DNA from: Thermoplasmatales archaeon SG8-52-3
GTDB lineage: Archaea; Thermoplasmatota; E2; DHVEG-1
Reading direction: 5' to 3'
Assembly (NCBI GenBank): GCA_001595915.1
Contig: LSSG01000032.1
Span: 23,142-87,141 of the forward strand
DNA length: 64,000 nt
A program made the translations under genes and the position numbers. The notes below the pieces were generated by a model. It worked only from the letters and a program-made list of their open reading frames with translations. It was not told the DNA's origin and searched no databases. Positions 9,238-19,166 of the stretch are shown one piece after another (positions within the stretch are counted from its first letter, which is position 1; each line of letters begins with the position of its first letter).

Positions 9238-10314
9238 TTGATGGATATTACAACTTCTAAGTCACGGCTGATTTTAGAGGATGGTTCAATTTTTTATGGA
9301 TATTCGTTTGGTTCGAAAAAATCAGTATCTGGTGAAGTTGTATTTAATACGGGGATGGTAGGTTATCCAGAAAGTTTGACTGATGCTTCATATAGGGGAC
9401 AAATCTTAGTTTTAACATATCCCTTGATAGGTAATTATGGGATTCCAGGTTATGATAAAGAAGACAATTTATTGAGATATTTTGAATCAGATAGAATACA
9501 AGTCAAAGGTTTAGTTATTGCAGATTATTCTGATAGATATTCTCATTGGAATGCTAAAAAATCCCTTTCTGAATGGCTAATAGAGCATGATATTCCAGGC
9601 TTATTTGGAGTAGATACAAGAGAACTAACAAAAAAACTAAGAAAAAAGGGAACAATGCTTGGAAAAGTATTATGCAATAGCAATAATATTTCATTGGATA
9701 ATCCAAATAAAAAAAATTTAATGAAAGAAGTAAGCATCAAAAAACCAATTATTTATAAAAAAGGCAATAAGAAAATTATTCTTGTTGACTGTGGTACAAA
9801 AAATAATATTATTAGAGCATTTCTTAGAAGAAATTTTTCAGTTATACGTGTACCTTGGGATTATAATTTTTTAGATGAAAAAGCAGATGGCATTATTATT
9901 TCAAATGGTCCTGGTAACCCTAAAAAATGTAGACAAACAATAAAAAATGTTAAAGAAGCATTATCAAAAGATACACCGATTTTAGGTATTTGTCTTGGAT
10001 CTCAAATTTTAGCCCTTTCAACTGGAGCAAACACTTACAAATTAAAATATGGACATCGAGGTCATAATCAACCTTGTATTGAAACTGGAACAAAAAGATG
10101 TTACATAACTTCTCAAAATCATGGTTATGCAGTTGAAGCTGAAACATTACCAGAGGATTGGCGTGAGTGGTTTTACAATAGTAATGATGGCACAAATGAA
10201 GGAATTATTCATATATCAAAGCCTTTCTTTGGAACTCAATTTCATCCAGAGGCATCCCCTGGTCCTGATGATACTGAATTTTTATTTGATATGTTCGTTC
10301 GGTCGATTAAATGA
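9238..10314 (+). CDS. carA: Carbamoyl-phosphate synthase small subunit
   Basis: GEVVFNTGMVGY, GICLG, SQNHGYAV and QFHPE motifs. Confidence 0.97.
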   Translation: MMDITTSKSRLILEDGSIFYGYSFGSKKSVSGEVVFNTGMVGYPESLTDASYRGQILVLTYPLIGNYGIPGYDKEDNLLRYFESDRIQVKGLVIADYSDRYSHWNAKKSLSEWLIEHDIPGLFGVDTRELTKKLRKKGTMLGKVLCNSNNISLDNPNKKNLMKEVSIKKPIIYKKGNKKIILVDCGTKNNIIRAFLRRNFSVIRVPWDYNFLDEKADGIIISNGPGNPKKCRQTIKNVKEALSKDTPILGICLGSQILALSTGANTYKLKYGHRGHNQPCIETGTKRCYITSQNHGYAVEAETLPEDWREWFYNSNDGTNEGIIHISKPFFGTQFHPEASPGPDDTEFLFDMFVRSIK

Positions 10315-13300
10315 TAAATAGAAGAAATAGAAAGATCAAAAAGATTTTACTCTTAGGTTCAGGGGCTATAAGAATTGGACAAGCCGGTGAGTTTGATTAC
10401 TCTGGTAGTCAAGCAATTAAAGCTTTGAAAGAGGAAGGAATAAAAACTATACTTGTCAATCCAAATATTGCAACTATTCAAACTTCTGACTATCTAGCTG
10501 ATAAAGTGTATTTCTTGCCAATTGATACTTTTTTTGTAGAAAAAGTTATTAAAAAAGAGAAACCTGATGGTATTTTACTTGGATTTGGTGGTCAAACTGC
10601 TTTGAATGTAGGTGTTGATTTAGCAAAAAAGGGTATTTTAAAAAAATATAATGTAGAGGTTCTTGGTACTCCTATAGATTCAATTTTAAGTACTGAGGAT
10701 AGAGATCTTTTTGTAAAAAAGATTAAGGAGATTAATTTAAAGGTACCCATTTCAAAAGCTGTTATAAGTGTTGATGAGGCAGTAAAAGTTGCAAAGAAAA
10801 TAGGATATCCTGTAATGTGTAGAATTGCCTATGCTCTTGGAGGTTTAGGTTCTGGAGTTGCTTATAATAAAAAACAATTAATTGAATTAACAAAAAAAGC
10901 ATTTTCTTATACAAATCAGATTTTAATTGAAGAATATTTAAGTGGCTGGAAGGAACTTGAATACGAAGTTGTAAGGGACCGGTATAATAATTGTATTGTA
11001 GTATGCTCTATGGAAAATTTTGATCCTATGGGCATACATACTGGTGAAAGTATAGTTGTTGCCCCTGTTCAAACATTAACTTCTTCTGAAAATTTCAAAT
11101 TAAGATCAATTGCTATTCAAGTAATTAGGCATCTTAAAGTTATTGGAGAATGTAATATTCAATTTGCTCTTGACCCTAAATCAGAGGATTACAGAATAAT
11201 TGAAGTTAATGCAAGACTTAGTAGAAGTTCTGCACTTGCTTCAAAGGCAACAGGTTATCCTTTGGCTTTTATTGCATCTAAGCTTGCACTAGGTTATAGC
11301 CTAATAGAAATTGAAAATATTATTACAAAAGAAACATCAGCTTGTTTTGAACCAGCTTTGGATTATGTTGTTTTAAAGTTTCCTCGATGGGATTTACAAA
11401 AATTCAGGAAAGTAAGTTCTAGTTTAGGTTCTGAAATGAAATCAGTTGGAGAAGTAATGGCAATAGGAAGAACTTATGAGGAAGCATTGCAAAAGGCAAT
11501 AAGAATGCTTGATGTTGGTATGAAGGGTCTTGTTTGTAATGATTTAATTTTTAATGATTTAGAAAAGGAACTAAAGGAACCAACTGACAAAAGAATGTTT
11601 GCTATAACTGAAGCAATTAAAAAGGGGTATTCAATTGAAAAAATCAATGAACTTACTAAAGTAGATAGCTGGTTTCTTTATAAGATTAAAAATATTGTTG
11701 AAATTGAAAAGAAATTACAATCTAATAGTTTAATAAAAATCTCATCATCTCTACTTAAAGATGCTAAGCAGAAAGGATTTTCAGATCTTCAAATAGCAAT
11801 ATTAACAAATTGTAAAGAACTTGATATTAGAAGTAAAAGAAAGAAACTTGGTATTGTTCCTTGTGTAAAGCAAATAGATACTCTTGCAGCAGAATATCCT
11901 GCTAAGACAAACTATCTATATCTTACATATAATGGTAATTTTGATGATATTTTTTCTAAAGAAAAAAACCAGGTTATAGTTTTAGGGGGTGGAGCTTATA
12001 GAATCGGGTCTTCAGTTGAGTTTGATTGGTGTTGTGTTAATTCGATTTCAACATTGAGGAATTTAAAGTATAAAACTATAATGATTAATTGTAATCCTGA
12101 AACTGTTAGTACTGATTATGATATATGTGATAAACTCTATTTTGATGAACTGACATTTGAAAGGGTACTTGATATTTGTGATAAAGAAAATCCTTTAGGT
12201 GTTATTATATCAATGGGTGGGCAGATTCCAAATAATCTTGCCTTGCCATTACATAATTCTAATGTTAAAATATTAGGCACATCCCCAATAAATATTGATA
12301 ATGCAGAAGATAGACATAAGTTTTCAAAGTTACTTGATGAACTTAATATCGATCAACCCGAATGGAAGGAATTAAGTAGTATTGAAGCAGCTGAGGAATT
12401 TGCAAAAAAAGTTGGGTACCCAGTTCTTGTTAGACCTAGTTATGTACTTTCTGGTGCGGCAATGAGTATTGCTCTTAGTAGTCATGAATTAAAAAAATAT
12501 CTTAAGAAGGCATCTGAAATAAATAAAGAGCATCCAGTTGTTATAAGTAAATTTATCACTGGTGCTAAAGAAATTGAAATTGATGCTGTAGCAAAAAAAG
12601 GGATTCTTTATTGTTATGCCATATCTGAACATGTTGAGAATGCAGGGGTACATTCTGGTGATGCAACAATGGTTCTTCCGCCGCAAAGAACATATCTAGA
12701 GACCATGAGAAGAATTAAGATAATTGCAAAAAAAACTGCTAAATCCTTGGATATAACAGGTCCATTTAACATTCAGTTTATTGCAAAAGATAATGATGTA
12801 AAAGTAATTGAATGTAATTTGCGTGCATCAAGAAGTTTTCCATTTGTATCTAAGGTTTTTAAAATAAATTTTGTTGATTTGGCTACAAAAATTATTATGG
12901 GTAAACGTGTAAATAATATTGATAGGTCATCTTTTGATCTTGATTATGTTGGAATAAAGGCTCCTCAGTTCTCATTTACTAGGTTAAAAGGCTCTGATCC
13001 GGTTTTAGGAGTAGAGATGGCTTCTACTGGTGAAGTTGCTTGTTTAGGCGATGATTTTAATGAGGCATTTATTAAAAGCCTGATATCTGTTGGATTTAAA
13101 CTTCCACAGAAAACAATTTTACTTTCTACTGGACCTATTGATAGTAAGATGGAATTTTTAGAAAGTTCAAAAAAATTAAGTGAGTTGGGATTTAAATTTT
13201 ATGCAACAAAAGGTACTGCTGATTTTTTGAAAGAAAATGGATTAGATGCAGATATATTACATTGGCCTTTGGATAAAATTGAGCCTAACACTTTATCTTA

Positions 13301-13511
13301 TATTTCTAATAAAAAAATTGATTTAGTAATAAATATTCCTAAAAATATTGAAAAAGAAGAGCTTGACAATGATTATCTTATAAGGAGAAAAGCAGTGGAT
13401 TTTGACGTTCCTTTGATTACAAATCTTCAACTAGCAAAGAGATTTGTTGAATCAATTTCTAAGGTTTCATCTGATGATATAAAGGTAAAGAGTTGGGATG
13501 AATATAATTAA
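10311..13511 (+). CDS. carB: Carbamoyl-phosphate synthase large subunit
   Basis: GQAGEFDYSG, two ATP-grasp halves and a C-terminal MGS domain; 1066 aa. Confidence 0.97.
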   Translation: MINRRNRKIKKILLLGSGAIRIGQAGEFDYSGSQAIKALKEEGIKTILVNPNIATIQTSDYLADKVYFLPIDTFFVEKVIKKEKPDGILLGFGGQTALNVGVDLAKKGILKKYNVEVLGTPIDSILSTEDRDLFVKKIKEINLKVPISKAVISVDEAVKVAKKIGYPVMCRIAYALGGLGSGVAYNKKQLIELTKKAFSYTNQILIEEYLSGWKELEYEVVRDRYNNCIVVCSMENFDPMGIHTGESIVVAPVQTLTSSENFKLRSIAIQVIRHLKVIGECNIQFALDPKSEDYRIIEVNARLSRSSALASKATGYPLAFIASKLALGYSLIEIENIITKETSACFEPALDYVVLKFPRWDLQKFRKVSSSLGSEMKSVGEVMAIGRTYEEALQKAIRMLDVGMKGLVCNDLIFNDLEKELKEPTDKRMFAITEAIKKGYSIEKINELTKVDSWFLYKIKNIVEIEKKLQSNSLIKISSSLLKDAKQKGFSDLQIAILTNCKELDIRSKRKKLGIVPCVKQIDTLAAEYPAKTNYLYLTYNGNFDDIFSKEKNQVIVLGGGAYRIGSSVEFDWCCVNSISTLRNLKYKTIMINCNPETVSTDYDICDKLYFDELTFERVLDICDKENPLGVIISMGGQIPNNLALPLHNSNVKILGTSPINIDNAEDRHKFSKLLDELNIDQPEWKELSSIEAAEEFAKKVGYPVLVRPSYVLSGAAMSIALSSHELKKYLKKASEINKEHPVVISKFITGAKEIEIDAVAKKGILYCYAISEHVENAGVHSGDATMVLPPQRTYLETMRRIKIIAKKTAKSLDITGPFNIQFIAKDNDVKVIECNLRASRSFPFVSKVFKINFVDLATKIIMGKRVNNIDRSSFDLDYVGIKAPQFSFTRLKGSDPVLGVEMASTGEVACLGDDFNEAFIKSLISVGFKLPQKTILLSTGPIDSKMEFLESSKKLSELGFKFYATKGTADFLKENGLDADILHWPLDKIEPNTLSYISNKKIDLVINIPKNIEKEELDNDYLIRRKAVDFDVPLITNLQLAKRFVESISKVSSDDIKVKSWDEYN

Positions 13512-13624
13512 ACAATTTGATACTAATTCTTTAAAATAAATGTAGATAGGATGTGATGTGCACACACATATACATATTCAACTGCGAAAAAGACACTTAA
13601 ATAGTTGAATAATTTATTTTTTAT

Positions 13625-13723
13625 CAACAATGTGGGAAGGGATGAAGCCCATATTTTCGATATTTGAGAAAACCCATCCAATTACCCCTCAAAATTCACC
13701 TCTTCTTCCCTCCCATTATGTTG
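13625..13723. other. Imperfect long inverted repeat, possible structured RNA
   Basis: TGGGAAGGGATGAAG (13633-13647) is near-complementary to CTTCTTCCCTCCCA (13702-13715); flanks CAACA/TGTTG extend the stem. Confidence 0.45.
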
Positions 13724-13852
13724 GTATTTTTTTTCAAAATTTATTTCTAAATGTAATTTTAACAAATTTATCCATTTTCATAATGACATTATATCCCAAA
13801 ATCTTTAAATAACATCATTTACAGAATATAACATTGTGAGTGGTGTAATTAA

Positions 13853-13963
13853 ATGAGGATTGTAAGTGAAATAAATAACAAACAAGAACTCGAAGATATG
13901 AAACTTATTATGGAAATCTTTGTAGTAAATAATAGAATAAGACAACTTGCAGAAGAAGCATAA
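13853..13963 (+). CDS. Unannotated 36-aa small protein MRIVSEINNKQELEDMKLIMEIFVVNNRIRQLAEEA
   Basis: ATG preceded by SD-like GTGAGTGGTG, upstream TTTAAATA box near 13804, downstream T-tract. Confidence 0.55.
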   Translation: MRIVSEINNKQELEDMKLIMEIFVVNNRIRQLAEEA

Positions 13964-14064
13964 TTCACAATATCTGAATTTATAATTTTTTTTTAAGCTA
14001 TTTCAATGGGAATGTTAATAATATTGTTGTAGATTACTGACCAGCTATCCATAGGGGGTAGATT

Positions 14065-14586
14065 ATGGTAGAGAGAAGTGATATTGAAGCTGTTTTTTCA
14101 AAGGAATTACAATGGATAAAAGACGATTTTTTAAAAAATAAAGTTGTTGACGTTTGGAAAGAAGCAGCTTATCGGGGATGCTGGAAATCTCTTGATGATG
14201 CACCTTTTACTCTTCTTATTAAAGACTCTGGAAAACTTACTGATCATACAAAAAGGATTACAAATCTTGCAAAAGTAATATATGATCAAAGACAAGAAAA
14301 TATTAATTTAGATTTTTTAATTGCTGGTGCTCTTCTACATGATGTGGGAAAACTCTTAGAATATGAATATAAAGATGGAGAATTTGTAAAGTGTGATTAT
14401 GGTAAGAAATTTCGTCATCCAGTATCTGGAGCACTTCTTGCAAAAGAATTAGGCTTACCTGATGAAGTTGTTCTGATTATATATGCTCATTCCCATGAGG
14501 GGGACAATCTTAAAAGGTCACCTGAGGCAGTAATAGTTAATCATAGTGATTTTATTGATTTTGAAATAAAAAAAGCATTGGTGTAA
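14065..14586 (+). CDS. HD-domain metal-dependent phosphohydrolase (HDIG-type)
   Basis: H...LLHDVGK...HPVSG...AHSHE...HSD motifs; SD GGGGT upstream. Confidence 0.85.
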   Translation: MVERSDIEAVFSKELQWIKDDFLKNKVVDVWKEAAYRGCWKSLDDAPFTLLIKDSGKLTDHTKRITNLAKVIYDQRQENINLDFLIAGALLHDVGKLLEYEYKDGEFVKCDYGKKFRHPVSGALLAKELGLPDEVVLIIYAHSHEGDNLKRSPEAVIVNHSDFIDFEIKKALV

Positions 14587-14589
14587 TAA

Positions 14590-16077
14590 ATGAAAGTTAG
14601 GAATGCTGCTGGTAGGGAAATAGAAACAGAAATTGCTGGCAGGACTCTTAAACCATTTTTAGGTGCAAAAAAGCATACCTATCATTCAAAGATTACAAAT
14701 CTTTCAAATGCATTAAAAAAATGTGGAATAAAGGATGGCGATACTCTTTCTTTTCATCATCAACTGCGTAATGGTGATTTTGTAGTAAATATTACACTTG
14801 CTGCTGTTCGCGATTTAGGTATAAAAAATATTAGAATGGCACAAACTGCAATTTTCAATGTTCATGAACCTGTGATTGATTTTATAAAAGAAGGTGTTGT
14901 AAATCGAATCGAAGGAAGCATAAATGGAATTGTTGGAGATTTTATTTCTAAAAATCCACTTTCTTATCCAGTAGTGCTTAGATCGCATGGTGGAAGGTGG
15001 GCTGCCGTAAAGACTGGCGAATTGCATCCAAATATAGCAATAATTGCTGCATCAACATCTGATGAATGTGGAAATTGTACAGGTGTTCTTGGAGATAGTG
15101 CATTTGGGCCTATTTCTTATTCACAAGTTGATGCACTATATGCAGATCATGTTATTGTTGTAACTGATAATATTGTTGGTTATCCATGTAAATTTCAAGA
15201 GATACAAGAAAGAAATGTCGATTGTGTTGCACAAGTCGATCATATTGGTGATCCAAAAAACATCATGTCTGGTACTACAAAAATCACAGAAGACCCAATG
15301 AAATTGCAGATTGCTCGTGACTGTGTAGACCTTATGGATGCTGCAGGTCTTATAAAGGATGGAATGGTTTTTCAGTCAGGGGCAGGTGGAATATCACTTG
15401 CAGCAATGAAATTTCTTGGAGAAAGACTCGAGGAGAAAGATGTGGTTGCTTCAACAGCAACAGGTGGTCTTACTCGACTTATAGTTGATATTTACAAAGC
15501 TGGAAGAGTTAAAAATATTTATTACTCCCAGGTATTTGATGATTATTCTGTAAAATTTATTCAGGAGGATATTGGTCTTCCAGCAGATATTGGTCATTAT
15601 GCTGATCCAACATCAAAAGGGAGAACAATTGATGGACTTGATACAGTTGTTCTTGGTGCTACAGAAGTTGATATAAATTTCAATGTAAATGTAAATACCC
15701 ATAGTGATGGTAGAATGCTTCATGGAATTGGTGGTCATCAGGATACTGCTGCAGGATCATCTTTATGCATTGTTACTTGCCCTGTTTTTAGAAAAACAAA
15801 TCCAATAGTAAAAGAGAAAGTAACAACAATTTCAACTCCTGGTGATGTAGTTGATGCAATAGTAACAGATAAAGGAACTGCAATAAATCCTAAAAGAAAA
15901 GACCTTATTGAAAAAGTAAAGGGAAGAATTAAAATTGTTCCAATTGAAGATTTAAAACAATTAGCATATGATGCAACTGGAGGTCCCCAAGAATTGCATT
16001 TTACCGATGAAATTGTTGGTATGACCAAATGGTTTGATGGAACAGTTTTGGATAATATTTGGAAAGTAAAGGAGTGA
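14590..16077 (+). CDS. citF: Citrate lyase alpha subunit / citrate CoA-transferase
   Basis: SFHHQLRNGD, RSHGGR, QSGAGG, LGATEVD, GIGGHQD and DGTVLD are CitF signatures. Confidence 0.9.
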   Translation: MKVRNAAGREIETEIAGRTLKPFLGAKKHTYHSKITNLSNALKKCGIKDGDTLSFHHQLRNGDFVVNITLAAVRDLGIKNIRMAQTAIFNVHEPVIDFIKEGVVNRIEGSINGIVGDFISKNPLSYPVVLRSHGGRWAAVKTGELHPNIAIIAASTSDECGNCTGVLGDSAFGPISYSQVDALYADHVIVVTDNIVGYPCKFQEIQERNVDCVAQVDHIGDPKNIMSGTTKITEDPMKLQIARDCVDLMDAAGLIKDGMVFQSGAGGISLAAMKFLGERLEEKDVVASTATGGLTRLIVDIYKAGRVKNIYYSQVFDDYSVKFIQEDIGLPADIGHYADPTSKGRTIDGLDTVVLGATEVDINFNVNVNTHSDGRMLHGIGGHQDTAAGSSLCIVTCPVFRKTNPIVKEKVTTISTPGDVVDAIVTDKGTAINPKRKDLIEKVKGRIKIVPIEDLKQLAYDATGGPQELHFTDEIVGMTKWFDGTVLDNIWKVKE

Positions 16078-16083
16078 TATTTT

Positions 16084-16854
16084 ATGAAATGGACTACTAA
16101 AATTACCAAGGTAGAGCCCAATCATCTAGTAACAAAAGGATATAGACAAGAAGATCTTATAGGAAATGTCCCCTATTCCCATGTAGTTTATCTTCTTCTA
16201 AAAGGTGAACTGCCATCAGATGAGCATGGAAAAATGATGGATGCAATTCTTACTGCATGTATTGATCATGGAGTTACTCCTCCTTCTTCAATTGCTTCTA
16301 GAGTAGTTGCCTCAGGAGGGGTTCCTCTTCCAACTGCTGTTGCAGCAGGGATATTATCTATCGGTGATGCACATGGTGGAGCAATAGAAAAAGGTGCAAA
16401 ATTCTTACAGGATGGAATTTATAGAATGGTGCATGAAGGAAAAACAATAGGTGAAATTGCAAAGATTCTAGTAGCAGAATCAAGAGATAAAAAGAAAAGA
16501 ATATTAGGTTTTGGTCATAGAGTTCATACAAAAGATCCTCGTACTAAAAAATTGTTCATCCTTGCTGATGAATTAAAAATCTCTGGTAGTCACATTGCTC
16601 TTTCTAAAGCAATACAAAAAGAACTTCCCAAACAAACCGGTAAAAATCTTCCAATTAATGTTGATGGTGCAATTGCAGCAATTTCTTCTGATATGGGTTT
16701 TGATTGGAAACTTGGAAAAGCATTCTTTTTACTTGGAAGAGTTGCAGGTCTAACCGCTCATGTTTATGAAGAACAAACTGAGCAGAAACCAATGAGAAAA
16801 ATGTTTAATGATGAAAGTGAGTATGAAGGTCCTGTGGAGAGAAATTTACCATAA
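16084..16854 (+). CDS. Citryl-CoA lyase (citrate-synthase-like small fold)
   Basis: 256 aa with DHGVTPPS, HGGAIE, GFGHRVH-KDPR and NVDG motifs. Confidence 0.88.
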   Translation: MKWTTKITKVEPNHLVTKGYRQEDLIGNVPYSHVVYLLLKGELPSDEHGKMMDAILTACIDHGVTPPSSIASRVVASGGVPLPTAVAAGILSIGDAHGGAIEKGAKFLQDGIYRMVHEGKTIGEIAKILVAESRDKKKRILGFGHRVHTKDPRTKKLFILADELKISGSHIALSKAIQKELPKQTGKNLPINVDGAIAAISSDMGFDWKLGKAFFLLGRVAGLTAHVYEEQTEQKPMRKMFNDESEYEGPVERNLP

Positions 16855-16872
16855 TTTTGAGGAGAAGAAAAC

Positions 16873-18633
16873 ATGGGTAAAACAATAATTCAAAAGATTT
16901 TTGAGAATCATTCAAAGCAATCTGCTGTTGTCGGTGAAATAATTGATATTGATATCGATGTAAGAGTTGCTAGAGATTTTGGTGGAGCAAACGTTGTAAA
17001 AAATCTTGAGGAAAATAACCTAAAATTAGATGATCCTGATAAGACATATTTTACATTTGATTGCAATCCTGGTGGTTGTGATCAGAAATATGCCACAAAT
17101 CAACACATTTGCAGGATTTTTGCAAGAAAAAATAATGTAAAAATTTTTGATATCAGTAGTGGAATAGGAACTCACTTGGTAATTGATGAGAAAATTGCAA
17201 AACCTGGTGGAACAATAGTTTCCACTGATTCTCATGCAAATATTCTTGGAGCAATTGGAGCCTTTGGTCAAGGTATGGGTGACAAAGATATTGCTCATGC
17301 ATTTGCCTATGGAAAAGTCTGGTTTAAGGTTCCTCCGACAATTAAAATAGAGCTTAAGGGTAGACCTTCTAATATTACAACTCCAAAGGATGTAGCGCTC
17401 AAACTATTGCAAGAGTTTGGTGCAAACGGACTATTAGGTTTTTCTGCTGAAATCTATGGTGATTATGTTGATATGTTACCACTAGATGCAAGAATTACTA
17501 TAGCATCAATGGCAACTGAAATGGGTGGAATAATTATTCTTTTTCCTTTCAAAAAAGCAATTACTGCTGATTCAGATGCAGATTATGAAGATGCTGTTAA
17601 AGTTGATATTGAAGGTCTTAAACCAATGGTTTCCCTACCTGGTCATCCTGAGGATGTAGTTAGTATTGATGAATTAGATAATGTTAAGGTAGATTCAGGG
17701 TTCATTGGTTCATGTACAAATGGACGAATTTCTGATATGAGAGCCGCTGCTAAAATTATGAAGGACAGAAAGATTGCACCTGGTAGGGTTCTAAAAATTG
17801 TTCCTTCCACTGATGATGTATGGAAGAAATGCCTCGAAGGAGGATTAATTAAAATATTTAAGGATGCAGGTGCCCTTTTTGGGTCAGCAGGTTGTGCTGG
17901 TTGTGCAGCAGGTCAGATTGGACAGACTGGAACAGGCGAGATTGCGATTTCTTCAGGAAATAGAAATTTTGTAGGTAAACAGGGTAAAGGAGACACATAT
18001 CTTGCAAGCCCTGAAACGGTTGCAGCTTCTCTTATTGCAGGATACATTACATCTATTGACGAAATCCCTGATAAACCAGTTTCAATAAATGTTCCAGAAT
18101 CTTCTCATAAAATATCACATTTAAAAAAAGATTTGAAAATATCCAGACTTACAAGTGTTGAAGGTAAAGCATGGGTAATTAAGAAAGACAATATTGATAC
18201 AGATATGATTTTTCATAATAGATATCTAGCGATAACAGACATAAATGAGATGGGGCAATATACTTTTGATAACCTAGAAGGTTATGAAAATTTTTCAAAA
18301 AAGGCTAATCCTGGCGATATTGTAATTGCTGGCAAGAACTTTGGAGCAGGAAGCTCAAGACAACAGGCTGTAGATTGCTTTAAGTCATTAAAAATAAGTG
18401 TAATCATCGCTGAATCTTTTGGAGCAATTTATGAGCGTAATGCAATCAATAGTGCTATGCCTATTTTAATTGCAAGGGATATCACAAGCAAGGTAAGTGA
18501 TGGAGATATATTATCTGTTGATTTCACTACCGGTAAAATTATAAACAAAACAAAAAACACAGGAATAAATGTAAAACCATTTTCAAAATCTCAACTTGAT
18601 ATTTATAAAAATGGTGGATTGTTAAAAAAATAA
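16873..18633 (+). CDS. Aconitase-family [4Fe-4S] hydratase, LeuC/HacA-like large domain fused to LeuD-like swivel domain
   Basis: STDSH, GSCTNG, CAGC and NRNF motifs, followed by DNIDTD and NFGAGSSR in the same ORF. Confidence 0.88.
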   Translation: MGKTIIQKIFENHSKQSAVVGEIIDIDIDVRVARDFGGANVVKNLEENNLKLDDPDKTYFTFDCNPGGCDQKYATNQHICRIFARKNNVKIFDISSGIGTHLVIDEKIAKPGGTIVSTDSHANILGAIGAFGQGMGDKDIAHAFAYGKVWFKVPPTIKIELKGRPSNITTPKDVALKLLQEFGANGLLGFSAEIYGDYVDMLPLDARITIASMATEMGGIIILFPFKKAITADSDADYEDAVKVDIEGLKPMVSLPGHPEDVVSIDELDNVKVDSGFIGSCTNGRISDMRAAAKIMKDRKIAPGRVLKIVPSTDDVWKKCLEGGLIKIFKDAGALFGSAGCAGCAAGQIGQTGTGEIAISSGNRNFVGKQGKGDTYLASPETVAASLIAGYITSIDEIPDKPVSINVPESSHKISHLKKDLKISRLTSVEGKAWVIKKDNIDTDMIFHNRYLAITDINEMGQYTFDNLEGYENFSKKANPGDIVIAGKNFGAGSSRQQAVDCFKSLKISVIIAESFGAIYERNAINSAMPILIARDITSKVSDGDILSVDFTTGKIINKTKNTGINVKPFSKSQLDIYKNGGLLKK

Positions 18634-18649
18634 AGGAAAAGTGAAATTT

Positions 18650-19099
18650 TTAAATTAATTCTTTTGCTTTACCTATTAGAAAATATCTCGTTGCATCTAT
18701 AACATGTCCTATATGTATGTAATTTATAAATCCTAATCCTTTAAAATATTGTAAAGTGAATTCCTTAGGCAGAATATCTTTTGAATATAATACATTTGAA
18801 GCTTTATCAAAGATGCAAAATGAATAATTTTCTGGAGCATTCCATCCTGGGTAATTTTTAACATTCATCTCTCCGATTAATATACCAAATTTTGTTGTTT
18901 TATTATTGATTAAAATTTCGTGTATGAATCCCATTCCAAATATTAGGTAATTATATTGTGGTTTTTTTTCATTTTCATTTACTAAATAATGTTGATCTGG
19001 TACTGCATATACATTTGTTGCCAGTAATAATATTACTATTATTATTGCTACAGCTTCAAATATTATTTTTTTATTTTTGTTATTAACCATTATTATCAC
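18650..19099 (-). CDS. Hypothetical secreted protein
   Basis: Signal-peptide-like N-terminus ending in VYA; no family recognised. Confidence 0.55.
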   Translation of the reverse strand: MIIMVNNKNKKIIFEAVAIIIVILLLATNVYAVPDQHYLVNENEKKPQYNYLIFGMGFIHEILINNKTTKFGILIGEMNVKNYPGWNAPENYSFCIFDKASNVLYSKDILPKEFTLQYFKGLGFINYIHIGHVIDATRYFLIGKAKELI

Positions 19100-19166
19100 T
19101 TTATAGGTTTATATCTAAATAATTATTTATTTTATATAGTAACCTTTAAAACATTTTGAGTCAATT

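Noticed and set aside
13630..13812. 60-aa plus-strand ORF
   Set aside because: No SD or recognisable features, and it overlaps the inverted repeat.
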